NCBI RefSeq assembly: GCF_001194135.2
Contig: NC_068994.1
Coordinates: 21,499,045 to 21,563,044, forward strand
Direction of reading: 5' to 3'
DNA from: Octopus bimaculoides
Lineage: Eukaryota
DNA length: 64,000 nucleotides
Both the position numbers and the translations under genes were made by a program. Positions 12,001 to 25,800 of the stretch are shown here, in pieces. The number at the start of each line of letters is the position of its first letter. Within the stretch, counting starts at the first letter, position 1. The notes below the pieces were generated by a model. It ran no database searches and had not been told where the DNA came from. It worked only from the letters and a program-made list of their open reading frames with translations.

Positions 12001-15000
12001 ATGTGAGAGTAGAATATATCCACATGAATATAGCTTCTTTGCTCCAGCCAATGGATCAAGGTCTGATAGCTAACTTAAAGGCATATATGAGAGCTTTCAA
12101 ACAACATATGAAAGCAATTGACAGGGAGGATAAACCTACAGTTAGAGATTTCTGGGAGACATTCAACTTAATAGATGCTGTGGATAATATAGCTGAGTCA
12201 TGGGATGAAGCGAAACCTTTAACTTTGAATAGTGCTTGGAAAAGCATATGGCCAGACTGTATCTATAACATTACAAGTTTTCCTCAAGCAGAAAAGTCTA
12301 CATCAAATTCGGAAAGATATTGTGATACTTACAAAAGATGTAGGATTTGCAGAAGTCCTAGAAGATGATGTTATTGAATTGCTAGAGGAGCCGATGCTGT
12401 TAGAAAAAGAACAAGCTGAGAATACAGATGGAATAATGGAAGGTTCACATACACTACTTAAACTGATTGCAAAAATCATTACTAAAGGGTTGGTACTTAA
12501 AGTGGAAGGTCTGCAGATTATAGCTGATAATGATTCTAATTGTGAATGTAACATAAAAATTACAAGAAGAGCTTACAACAAGCTCAGTTCCTATACTGAG
12601 CTGTACAAAAACATGATGCATTATAACCAACAGACAAATCTGGATAAGTCCTTCACCCATCAAGTTGGTGATAATGAACTATAAGATAGTAAATGTTGTC
12701 CGTCATCCTACTAGTAATGCTCCTTCCACCACCACTCTTCACACAGTAGTCAACATGTTTTGTAGGAAGAACATTTTTATGATATTATGATTCTTATTAA
12801 TTTCCTAACTTATTCCTCTTGAAATATTTTTGTTTTAATGCGTCTTTATTGTACTGTCTATGTTTAGAAATAGGTATTTTCATGTATAAAGGTGATCGTG
12901 TTGCTTGTTCTCTGTTGTTTTCCTGTGCCTCTTTTTATTTTTTTACAAAAAAGTCTGCAGAAACACAATCTCACTTGATAATAAGAAAATTTATTTTGCA
13001 TTATGGAATTTCATGTTACTGCCAGATTTTCAGGAACACATTACTTCTGTAAAGCAAAGGATTCCTGTATTTTCACAGTATGCAAGAGACTAAAGAAGAG
13101 AAGGTTGTTACAAGTATAGTTCAAGGAGACACAAAGAAATGTTTCTTTGAAGAAATATAAGGCAGATTGATTGACACACTGCTACATATAATAGGAAACA
13201 TACTTGCTTACGGACAATACACTTTGAAAATTAGAGTTTGTATGATGGAATAGAATTATTACCACATGTATTGTGCCACTATACTGTGAACCATAGAAGG
13301 AATTATGTCAGTCCTGCTAGCCATAATGCTCAGACTAAGTCTTGAATCCTTTTGGCATCATATCAAGAAAAAAGTTATTGAATGAGCAGTAGATTTGAAG
13401 AAGTTTTCAATTGTTACTTGAAATAATTTTGTGAAGATAACACAATGACATATAAACATGGTGGGGATGAAGGATTTGATGAGACTTCGATTACAATTTG
13501 ATTGTCTGTTTCATGAATTTACTGTTTAGTATTATAGAATTAGCCTATAAATTGCAGTGGTTGAGCATTGACCAAAAATTTCCTTCTTTACTTTTAAACT
13601 ATTTTCATTTGTTTAATATTCTTGTTGCTAGAACATTATTGTCGATATCACTTCATTACAGAAAGTAAGTTCTAGTTTGTTTGAATAATTATTCTTTGAA
13701 AAATAAAAACAGAAATAAATGAATTATTTTCATATTTGAGCTCAAAAAAATGCAAATTGAATAATTTCTGTTATTTTACTTCACAATGGGGCCTCTATAC
13801 AGTTGCTCAATGAGCTAGAAATTGCAACCAAATCTCCTGTAATCATCCTTTCTTATCTTAAGCAGTAACAAACAAATGAATCAGAGCAACAAAAAAATCA
13901 AAATACTCTCAATAATAATATAAAAAAATGTTTTTGAGTTGCACCCCAAAAATACTCTCTATGACAGTCAAGCTGGCCACAGCACAGTGTCAGAAAAAAA
14001 AAATTCAGCTAAAGTATATGTGAATTTGTATGGTAATATTGTTTCGGCACTACAAATTAAACACTTGTCTCACAATTATCAATTTTCATTCTTTACATGA
14101 AGCCAAATCAGTTAAGTGCAGAATACTTTCGGTCTGTCCTTATCAAATTAAAAGAAACAGAAGGATATTCCCTTAGTAATAGTGCTTTGTGTAGTTATCT
14201 GGTTTTCACCATTAAAAACAAAAATTTGGTTTGAGCAAGTTGAACAAAATTTTTTAATGCTTACAGTGGAATTTTAATTTTAAAATCAGGTTTAAAAAAT
14301 ACTTTGAATGCAATTGAAATATTTTAGCTTATTGTCATTCATTTTGAAAATTTGAGCAGTCTTGTGATAATAGTTATGTTTCTATACATTGGAGGAGGAG
14401 GAAACCCCTTCGGTCATGAATGACCATGGGATTGCACCTAGAAAGTTACCCTCTCAAGCACAAGTCCGGGCAAGGTTGTTTATGGAAGACCAGCAGTCGC
14501 CCATGCATACCAGCCTCCCCTCTCCACACCACTGATGTTATCCAAGGGAAAGGCAAAGGCCGACACAGCTTGGCACCAGTAATGTTGCAACTCATATCTA
14601 CAGCTGAGTTAACTGGAGCAACGTGAAATAAAGTGTCTTGCTCAAGAACACAATATGCAGCCCGGTCCAGGAATCGAACTCACAGCCTCACAATTGTAAG
14701 CTCGATGCTCTAACCACATTATTGTATCATTTATTCTGCATGTCAGAAACATATGACCTTGAGGCAGTAAATCAAATAGTTTGCAAATTTTCTAGCTATT
14801 TCAGTTCTATTGGAGTCCAGCATTGTCTAGTGCTTTGTCTAAGAGGCAATACCAGTGATGGTGGCTAGAAGAGCTACAAGCATTTCTGCAATAATTAGCA
14901 CTTCTATAGGTTCTTCAACACTTATAACTGCCACATTTTCCATGTTATATTGTTTACTACCATATTACTAGTCCCTACCCACCTCTTATTCAATTTGGTA

Positions 15001-18000
15001 AATATGTCAGTTGTTTGTTACCTTGCCCAGTGCATATCATTAGTGACAGCAGCTACTGTTACATCATCACTACCAATGGAAGTAGTGTAAATAATGTAAT
15101 TGTCTTCTAAGCCCTAAGTTGCTAAATGGACAATTTCTTGCTATTAGTTGGAGCAGATGAATTCTATTGATTTGCAAGGGGAAAAGAAAATGATGTCTCT
15201 ACCTTTTCTAATGGCAGTAACAGCATAACAGAAGTGAAATGTTTTTGACTGGGAATCCGAATGGTTGTACTCTTGGGTTGTCATGATCTTACCTCTTAAT
15301 CTACAGTACCCATGCCTTAAATGAAACCAGTTTTAATCACTTGAATTGAGCTCTTACTGCAGTGTATAAATCTGTACTAATTATTCTATTCCTTCAGAGT
15401 AGAGGACTATAGGATAAGCTTAAATTCTTGACAAACCATGTTCACTGTTCATTTTTCATTCTCATTTGAAGTACTGTATTTATTTTACTAATTCTTTAAG
15501 GATCTTTTACTGCTACTTTATTTCATTTAATTTGGTGCTTAGTTCAGTACTGTTGTTTCATTGACATAGTTTGGCTAGTAACTCTATTGCCAAGCCATTT
15601 TTGGTGGGTTGGATGTAATCCACTGTAAATATTAGACATCCAACAGAGTACAGGCAGCTCATTCCTTTGCAGTTTTTTTGCCATTACATGTAAAATTTAA
15701 AAAAGTTGTTGCCTATATTAGCAATAAAATTTCTGTGTACAAAAAGCCTGTATGAAGTATGTGTTTTTAGATTTGCTTCATACAACCTTTTGCTCAGTGA
15801 GAGAACATTTTATTGCTAATAGAGATAACATTTCTGAACTTCTGCCTCTTTCTTTTAGCTAAAGTACAAGCTGAAGAAGCCTGCGTATGATTATTCAATC
15901 TGCTAAAGATTGCAGTCAATCTTTTGAATATTACCTACCATTTTAAAAAGAAGACTCTTTGGTGGAATGCTTTTGATTATAATCTGGCTGATCAGTTTTG
16001 ATCTAGGGCTAAAGGACATCTGCGAACACCTTGCTAAAATACTCTCATTACGACAGCCTCCAGTAAATATATCAACTTCCATTAATTAGCTGGGCAGTTC
16101 ATGAATTCTTTGTTAGCCTATCACAGATCCCTCTGCATCTTCTATATGCCAAGTACTTGCACTGGGTTGTATGGGTTTGCTATACAGCATATTGCTACTC
16201 ATTTTCATCTTTTAACTCATATGAGGTTCAATATCCTGAGATGTAATCTCTAATGTACACTTTGCATTGTTACACAAAACCACTTGTATATATATATATA
16301 GATGCAGTTGTGACTGTGTGTTAAGAACTTTACTTCCCAACCACATAGTTTTGGTTTCAGTCTCTGTGTCTGGCATTTGGGGTAAGTGTCTTTTACTATA
16401 GCCCCAGACCAATCAAAAGCCTCGTGACTAGATATGATAGACAGAAACTTAAGTGTGTGTATGTGTGTTCGTATTTCCCTAGTCTCCACTGACTGAGTTG
16501 GTTGCTTGCCACCCACAGGCTTCTTGATATGTTGCACAATCTTTGTAAACAAAGGGCTCATTCATGTAGTGTCATTTGTTTCCATTTCTCTTTATAAACA
16601 CGTTCAAGTGAACTGGGAGATTATTACTACTCTTGAAAACAGATGTAGTTGGCATCAAGAAGGGCAATCAGCTGTAGAAAACTCTGTCCCATTATACTTC
16701 CATCTGGTCCATGCAAGTATGGAAAATTAGATGTTAAAACGATGGGAGTGATACAAATACACATATATACATCCAATTGGATTCTGTGCAATTTTCATTT
16801 CTATCTTTCACCCTTTAGCATTCAGATTACTCTGTCAAATATAATGCTTATTTATTCACATTATTTTGATTAAATCAGCATTATCTCTTTGAGATTTCAA
16901 TGATGTGATTGTTTATGTGTAAAATGACATTACAGGACAGCTGTGGAAGGCTAAATCTGGCTGGTTTTAACATAAAACAGGTAGAATATTTTGGCTGGAT
17001 TGGGCCAGTTTAAATGCTAACGGGTTAAATTTCACTTACAAGGCTCTAGTCAACCCTAAAATTATGGCAGAAGATCCATGCCCAAGGTGCTGTGCTGTGG
17101 AGTCAAACTCAAAACCACATGTTGCAAAATAAATTTCACAACTATATCTGGATCATGCTAATATGGCAGAGGTTAGGATTCAACAGTATTCTTCTAGTAT
17201 TACACTTCAACCAAACTTTAGTATCATATAGTAGAGTGGAAGGTTCTGCTGTTACAATATAACTGGAAGTATAGTGCTTATAGTTTAGTGAAACTTGTAG
17301 TGTTACTCCAGTATAGTGTAGTGGTGCCATGTGTAGCATAGTGATACCACAACACAAGGTAGATATAATATAGTGATACTATAGTGTGAGGTGGTGGACA
17401 ATTGTAGGTTTAGTGAAGTGGTGCCATGACACAGTTATGGTTTGATGTTACAACACTGTTTTGCAGCAGATATTGTGATACCACATAGCAGTTGTGAGTT
17501 TAATGTCGTGGTAGCATGACTATTGTAAGGATAGTGTAATGGTGCATCATTGATACAATTGTAGTAGTGTAGCAATATCACAGAACAATTGCAGGTGTAA
17601 TGGTACTATGGTATAATTGGAGGTAGTGGTACTGTGGTATGGTTTATAAAGAAATAGTACTGAAGTAGTACTAATCTAGAGATGAATATATGTGGTTGTA
17701 CTAAGGTGCAGTGAGGAGTGTTTTATGGTGGTACAATAGTGCATTCAGGACATTGAATGGTAGTAAATTTAGGTGTTGTGGTGCTATGGTACAGTTAGGA
17801 GTGTTGCATTGTGGTGGTGTGATACAGCTGGGAGTGGTTGTTTTGTGGTATAACTGTGAAATAGATTATTCAAATGAGAGTGGAGCAATACTTGTGGTCT
17901 TTGCAGGTCTTTCCAGACTGGTGAGATTGAGGTTCAGCCTACAATCTTTAAAATCAGTGTTAGTAGGAAAACCACGCAGGATATTCAAAAAGGCTGCTCT

Positions 18001-19117
18001 TCTAGGAAGATGAGATTGAGGTGTTCAGGAGATGACTTACAAATGCCAAAAAGTTGAATGAAAGGAATTATCTGTTGCCAGAAGTATGTAAGAAGCTAGT
18101 TCAGAAGAGCAGAGGTCATTGTAGTGCCAGACAATACAAGTAAAAAACAGTGCATCTGTGAACTAGCGGTTAAAGGGTGTTGGCGTTTTGAGTCTTTTTG
18201 CTAATCAGTTGAGTGGCCTTTTGGATGTTAGTATATGAAGCAGTAGTACCACCTTCGTCAGTGTAAGGAGTACTCCAGTGTGGGTCTTGAGCCTTGTAAA
18301 GGTTAGCAACTGATTAGAACTAAAGTATTTTCTAGCTTTAAAGAGGAAACCTAGTCTTTAAGATGTTGTTTTGGTAATGTTATATATGTGGAATATAACA
18401 TGAGAAATCATCAGAAATATTGAGGTTTAACACTTGTGGCAACTTTGAAGGTTTTATTTGTATGCTATTCATAGCTGGAGAGTGAGATACAAGAATTTCT
18501 GTGATAGGTGCTGTTAAAAACAGACAAGGTTGTCATGTCACTTAGTCCTATGTATTGTCTTGTTTATTCAAAGGTCAGCTTGAGTAAGTTTATGATCAAA
18601 AGTAATCTATTCATGATCATCCTGTTTTTTCTTTTTAAAGAAGTGGGTTTAAGGCTGCAATGTCTAATCAGTTTTTTAATTTTAAAGTGAATTGATGGAG
18701 ATTTGACTGCTATTTCTAGAAGGTTAAGCAATCAGATAAATTCTGTCATTGACTTGTGTTGTATGTTCTAGGATTTGTGTGTTTTGTATACACACACACA
18801 CACACACATGACATGATGATTCTAGAGAAAGACAGTTCTGCAATTTCTTGCTGAACAACCTGCTCAAATAATTTGTTTATTGTGATCAAATGTATGTGCT
18901 GCACATGAGCTCACTCTCCATCAAATCGCCATTGCCTGAATAAGTACTTGGTGCGCAATATGTCAGGTGTTGAAGTGATCGCAGAGCATCATGAGATAAA
19001 GTGATTTGCTCAAGAACACAATGTACCAACTGATCTAGGAATTGAAACCACGATCTTGTGATTGCAAGTGCACCCCCTAACTACAAGGCTGTGTGCCTTC
19101 ACTCATACACACACACG

Positions 19118-19163
<46 letters not shown>

Positions 19164-22100
19164 GGGCATCCAGCTGTAGAAACTCTGCCAGATCAGATTG
19201 GAGCCTGGTGCAGCCATCTGGTTTGCCAGTCCTCAGTCAAATCGTCCGAGCCATGCTAGCATGGAAGGTGGACGTTAAACGATGATGATGATGATATACA
19301 GTGCCTTGCAAAAGTCTACACTCCCTTTGAAAATTTATATATTTTGTATAATTTAACTGGAAACAGCACATTTTTTCAATTCCAATGATTGTTAAATAAT
19401 AAGCAGATCCATCACACTTTCCTTTGATATAAAAATTACATTTTAAAAATTTCACATGATGATATTGATAGAGATTATATTGATTTCATTCATTTAGAAA
19501 TTAACAATAGATTAATTTATGTTGGAAGAAACAGTGAGAGAAACAGCTTGACAGTGTTTAATTTTGGAGTGGTGTTCATTTAGATAAGATAGTAATTGTA
19601 TGAAAACAGTTGGATTTGTTGACAAATTTTCTTATCATTTGGAAATAATTGGGTGAAATCAAATGCAAAATCAGATTTCATAATATAATACTTCTGTTCT
19701 TAACAATGAATATGTGTAATAATATTTTAATTAATAAAGACATCTACAGAACAGAAGTGGTTGTTATTGTAAAGCAGGCTCAGTTAACACAGTTCTAGCA
19801 GAGTGATATCTGATAAGTGATTAAGACTCACAAGACCTCCAATAGAGCTCATCTGTATGGTTGAAGTTCCTGGTGGTTGTAACCATAAATTGAAGCAAAA
19901 CAGGCATGATTAGTGGAGAAAGTGTTTGATTTTTATGGATATTTGTACAATGTAGTCTGAGGTTTTATTGCACGTGCTACTTTGCAGAGATTGTTGTATA
20001 TCCCTCATGAAGCAGATGTGTAACTTATAGGTAGTTGGTTGAATAATTGGGTATGATCCACAAATCCAGCACTTAAGATACCGACATACCCTACTTCTGC
20101 TTCATTGAGTATTACACTATATATTTCTGATACACAGTAGTTTATTTTATGAGGTGCAGTTAATTTGTGTGTGAGGAACTACTGAGCACGTGATTGATAT
20201 ACTTGAAATATATCTAGTAATATACTAGAGGGTAATTGAGCACCACATGCTGTTCTTTATTACCTTTAAAAGGGAAAGGTCATATAGAGGGATCCAATTC
20301 TGAAAGGAATATGTTGGAAAAGAGGGTATAATCAGAGTTGGAACACTAGTCAAGCAATACAGAATATGCCATAATATGTTTAGCTTGTGTGTTAAACATA
20401 GCATCTATTTTGGTCTCCAATTTTTATAGGATATCAGTGCATTCTAGGTTTGGTTGATGTGAAAAGGTTTTACAAAGTTAACCTTCTCATATCAAATTAC
20501 ATTATACAGAAGGTAATTTGCCTTACAAAATGAAGATTGATAGAAAAGCTTGTTGCATATATGTCTCAGATGAAATGAAATTCTGCTGTTGAATGCAGAA
20601 ATGAGTGACATCCCTAAACTATTGCAATACAATTCCTATATATGCATCACATATTTGTTGACACACACACCTTCAATATATTCCAAGCTACACTTAAAAC
20701 ATGAAGTCTTCCATGCCATAAATAACTTAAACTCCTTTACCCAGTAATAGTTCATGTCATTTCTTATTACTATTTTTGATACAGTCTCCTTTTATATCAA
20801 AATGAAAAGCTAGAATTTTTTTATTGCTAGTCTTCTTTTAAGTTATAACCTGCTTGTTTATTTTTGTCACAAGGCTATTTTGATATATAAGAGCCAGCAT
20901 GATAATATTAGTAAATGGAATGTATATTTGGTGACAATACCCTGCGTCTAAGTATGTATATTGTTCATGACTAGATACCAGTGATTCATGTTACTGAATT
21001 GTATTTGAAGTTTTGTGTCACTAACTTAACTACTTATTTCTCAAACATTTATGATTGCAATATCTTGGTTACTATATCAGAACTGACTTTGTAACAATGG
21101 AATGGTAGATAGCATGCTCTCTAATATCATCATGCTTACACATAATTTTGCACATAATTAATGAAGTTTAATCCATTGATACATTTTCCTCTTGTTGCTG
21201 AAAAGAATCTTGTTTCATTGGCTTTGTTTTATTGTCATCTACTGTTTGACATGTGGTTTTTAACCTCTAAAATTTGGAAGCATGTCTTTGCCAGATAATT
21301 TAGTGAACAGACCCATTGATTGGACCGGCCTTTCTGTTTCAGACGAACATGTTATATTTGTTATAACACTGACATTCAAGGTCAAAATGGTTGGCTGAAG
21401 CCGTGTCGATGCAGTGGATCAACCAAATGGGTCCACAATACTTGTCTTCAGCGTTGGATTGATGGTCAGCAACTGGAAGATTTGTCAACCAAAGTACGCT
21501 GTCCACAGTGCAATACAGAATTTACCATTGTTTATCCAAGTCCAGGTAATGACTGCCTTTCATCTCTTATTGATGTTCTTTTGAAGTATTTTTTCCTTTT
21601 TAAGGATTTTAGAATAAATCGTTTGTGTAAATACCTATCAAGAATGAAGCAGTATTAACATACTTAGTGCATATAGTATTAGAAAATGAACTGGAAACAT
21701 ACATATAAATGATAGGTAAGAAGACATATAAGTAATAAGTACATATGATGAATGTTCAGGCCAAACCAAGTGCCTAAATTCCAACTTTAAGTGCATAGTG
21801 TTTACTTACCTATCTAAATCAAATCTTTTCTACTCTAGGCACAAGTCACGAAATTTGGGGGAGGGGGCCAGTTGATTAGATCGACCCCAGTAAATAACTG
21901 GTACTTAATTTATCGATCCCGAAAGTATGAAAGGCAAAGTCAACCTCGGCGGAATTTGAACTCAGAACGTAGACAGACAGACAAAATACTACTAAGTATT
22001 TTGCCCGGCATGCTAACGTTTGTGCTAGCTCGCCGCCTTTACTTATCTATCTAAGTCAAATCAACACTAAGGACTTCTTTGCTACCTCGACCTTGAATGT

Positions 22101-22758
22101 ACTTGTCGACACCTGAATCATTATGAACTTTAATCTAGATCTTTCCTGATTTCCTCCTATACCATCAGACCATCAATTCATACTTTTGCTCTACATAAAT
22201 ACACACACACACGTAAATGATGATGATGGTAGGGAAAAAAGCACCCCCTCACTAACTTCTCAACAAATTGCTAATATAGTAACACAACATCCCTCCTACA
22301 ACTTCAAGAAATACAAACATCAAAGCACACAACATAACATAAACAACCAATGAAGAGGTCAGAAAAACAGCACTCAATTAATAAACATGGAAAGCAAACC
22401 AATGAACAAACGCAGCACTAGACACACACCCAAACATGCACAGCAAAGAATAAATATACCACCAATACTGAGTTGTAATGGTCATCACCTGACAATTGCA
22501 GTGGCATGAAACACATTGTGAGACAGACTGTTAGTTTCAATAAAAAGTAACCCAAATATGTATACACACATGCGAGCATACATGTGTCACAAAAAATAAC
22601 AGCATTTTAAAGGAACTAAGCTGAAGGTGGTATTTAATAAATACATTGTCATAACACACATATAGATTTGTTACAATGCATCAAATATTGCTAGATTAGG
22701 ATCTGATCATAGTTCATATATTGGAAGCAGTAAATTTTGTTAGTAATCAATGTAGCAT

Positions 22759-22803
<45 letters not shown>

Positions 22804-25800
22804 TTAATGCACAATATATGGATTTATCAAATCAGGTGGTACTCACACAAAAGCTCCTTTAGTGGACCATGCTACAAACCATGCACTAAACCAATACATA
22901 GGGGTGTAATATGTAGTCCTATGCAATTGAAATCCAGTAAATCCAATCAGTGATGATTATTTCATTAGGAATATATAGAATATAAAGGAAGTCAGAAGGT
23001 ATGAAATGAATATATTTATTTCACCAGTTGATATCCATAGGATGACTGACTTTACGCATCCAAAAGTTATATTTGTATAGAATAAATTATTTTACATTTA
23101 TTCTTCAACTCCAGTATACACATGCAAAAATGTTATCTTTGAAATAGTAATGTATGGAAGAGTATGATTAATGATGTTGGCTGCAAAATGGTCGTAATCT
23201 TGTGGATATAAATTAGTGAAATGTATTCATCTCATACCTCCTGACTTTCTTTATTTTCTTTATATTTTATGTCATCCCATAAATAATGTAGTTTTTTTAA
23301 TACTTCTTTTATTCTCCAAAATTAAGGTAAACAAACTTCTTTTTTAATCTAAAATATACTCTCCATCTAAAGATTTCTGAATCAAAACAACTGTTAGAGA
23401 TGTTGTTATATTTTATAATTAGTAGATAATTTTATTAATTACCTCTCCATTTTCTCCTTATTCTTTAAATATGTAAATATATGAACCACGGTTTATATGG
23501 TTACCTTTTCGCTGAACTTTCTGTAGATTGGTAACTAAACAGTATTTTCATTGGATTTATGATCCCTTAATGAGGTTTATTACCTTTACTTGATTATATA
23601 TATATATATATATGCATATATCTATAACTATAAAAGAGAGTTTATATGTGTGTGTGTGCCTATGTTCCTTATGAATTCCAAAACTGAGTTGCTGATTTTG
23701 ACGTAAGGGGTATCAAAAGATTCAGTAAGCTTTTGGCTACCTACTAAACTATATTTTCATTCAAAATTAATATTATCATTTCTCTTTTAGTCACTTATCA
23801 TAAACAACATTTTATATCACCACCACAATGACAATGACATCACATTTTCTATATGAGTGTGTTTGCATGTTTATGTGTGTGATGGTGTATGTGTCTGTCA
23901 GTATACATACATTTTTGTGACGACTGACACACACACATCTAAAGACAGAGACAGACACACACAAGGATCGAGATAGGCTTCAGGTGTGCATTAATGTACG
24001 TGTGTGTGTCTCTTAGTTTACATATGTAACGCCCCTCCCCTCCAACAGTGAAATGCACCGATATTGAAAGTTTACTTGCAGCCTGGACTTCAAACAAACA
24101 ACATGGAGATTTGGCTGATTTAACACTACTCACAATACTCGCAGAGAAAAATCTGAAAAAAAAAATGTTATTCTGGTTATTATAACAAATTCGGAAACTT
24201 GGCGAAGTAGAAAGCCTCAGTGGCTCTTTCAATATAATTACAGAAATGTTATTCCACTCCTTCTAACCAGTTTCAAGATAATGTTTTTTTAACAGTCCTT
24301 GTATTCTTTATCATTGTGAGTATCAATGTTATACAACCTTTTTACTGTGTTACTCAGTATTTATTCTGCAGCCTATAATGTTACACAGTTCAAAAACAGC
24401 ATCTTCCTTTTTATACGCTTGGTTCAGTGTTTGTTTCAAAATTGTAAAATAAATTATTTTTGTATGAAAATTTTAATTATACCTTCTGAATTTTCTTGGA
24501 CTTCCACTTTCATCACCATGACATTCATTCAGTCATGAATTTTATAACATTTAGTACATGTTCCAAATAAATGTTGACTTTCTGTACTTTCTTACATTGG
24601 TGATGCATGCTAACTTTTGCTAAGTTGGTGACTTTCCATTTTTTTATAGCATAACTATGTTACAGAAAGTATGTTTTGCACCCATATTGACTACATTTTG
24701 TTTCGCTTGAACTTTGTGTGTGTACGTTTTGCTGTTTTCAATATTATCAATTCTATGAGTGTGTGTGTTTGTGTTTCTGCATTCCTTACGTCTATAGTAA
24801 ACTATAGTAAAGAACATTTTACACTGTTTTAATGAGCCCACATCTAATGGTTGGTGATCCCATTGAAAATCATATTCTCATTTGTATTCAAGATAGCAAC
24901 CTTGAGCATGTTTCACAGACTCAACCCTCTTATGATGTTCTGTATAATCTTATTCTGTGGAATGGACAAGATGGGTATTATTTCAATATTCCTCGGATTG
25001 AACCTGCAACAGGATAGCCAATTACAAACAAAAGGGTGTCATCAAATGACTTCTATTCTTACCAATTGATGTTAAGACCAGAACAATCAAATCCTTTCTA
25101 CTATAGGCACAACAAGCTCTGAAATTTTGGGAGAGGGGACCGGTTGATTACATCAACCCCAGTGTCTCACTGGTACTTAATTTATCAACCCCGAAAAGAT
25201 GAAAGGCAAAGTTGACCCGGCGGCATTTGAACTCAGAACATAAAGATAGACAAAATACGCTCAAGCATTTTGCCCAGCATGCTAGCGATTCTGCTAACTC
25301 ACCACCTTCCAGAACAATCAATCATTTGCACATATCAAATAAACTTTGTTTTCATTTACATATTTCCTATGTTATTTCAATAACCAGCTATAGTTATTTC
25401 AAATACACTTCTCTACAATGACCAGGTTTCATTACACTTGATTCCTTTTACCCAACATGGCTTTTGCTCAGCAGAAGCAGCCTGACACAGCTTTTGCAAC
25501 ACTATGACTGGGTGTTGAAGCAATTAACAATTTCTCAAATATAGATGTGATATATCTTGACTTTGCAAAGGCCTTTGATAAGGTTGATCATGGGATATGT
25601 CACAAACTATGGAGAGTGGTTGCATGACTTCTTAAAAAACAGAAGCCAGGCTTTAGCAACCAACGGAGCCCTTTCCACGGAGACATTAATAGAAAGTGGA
25701 GTGCCTCAGGGAACTGTATTGGAGCCACTATGATTCATGGGGACTCTTTCAGACATACCATCAGTTACACAGATAGCCACACTTACTAGCTACGTCAATG

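Noticed and set aside
21294-21311. Alternative acceptors upstream of exon 2 (ccag at 21294, acag at 21310)
   Set aside because: One gives an immediate stop and the other a frameshift. Both have weak pyrimidine tracts and no supporting evidence.
21282-21400. ATG at 21282 as a possible MARCH5 start (MSLPDNLV...)
   Set aside because: It is out of frame with the RING exon and hits a stop. The polypyrimidine acceptor at 21342 plus exon 1 gives a clean frame.
23939-24260. Coding-looking stretch in intron 2
   Set aside because: No similarity to RING-CH or any protein I recognise, and no matching splice sites or phases for an alternative exon.
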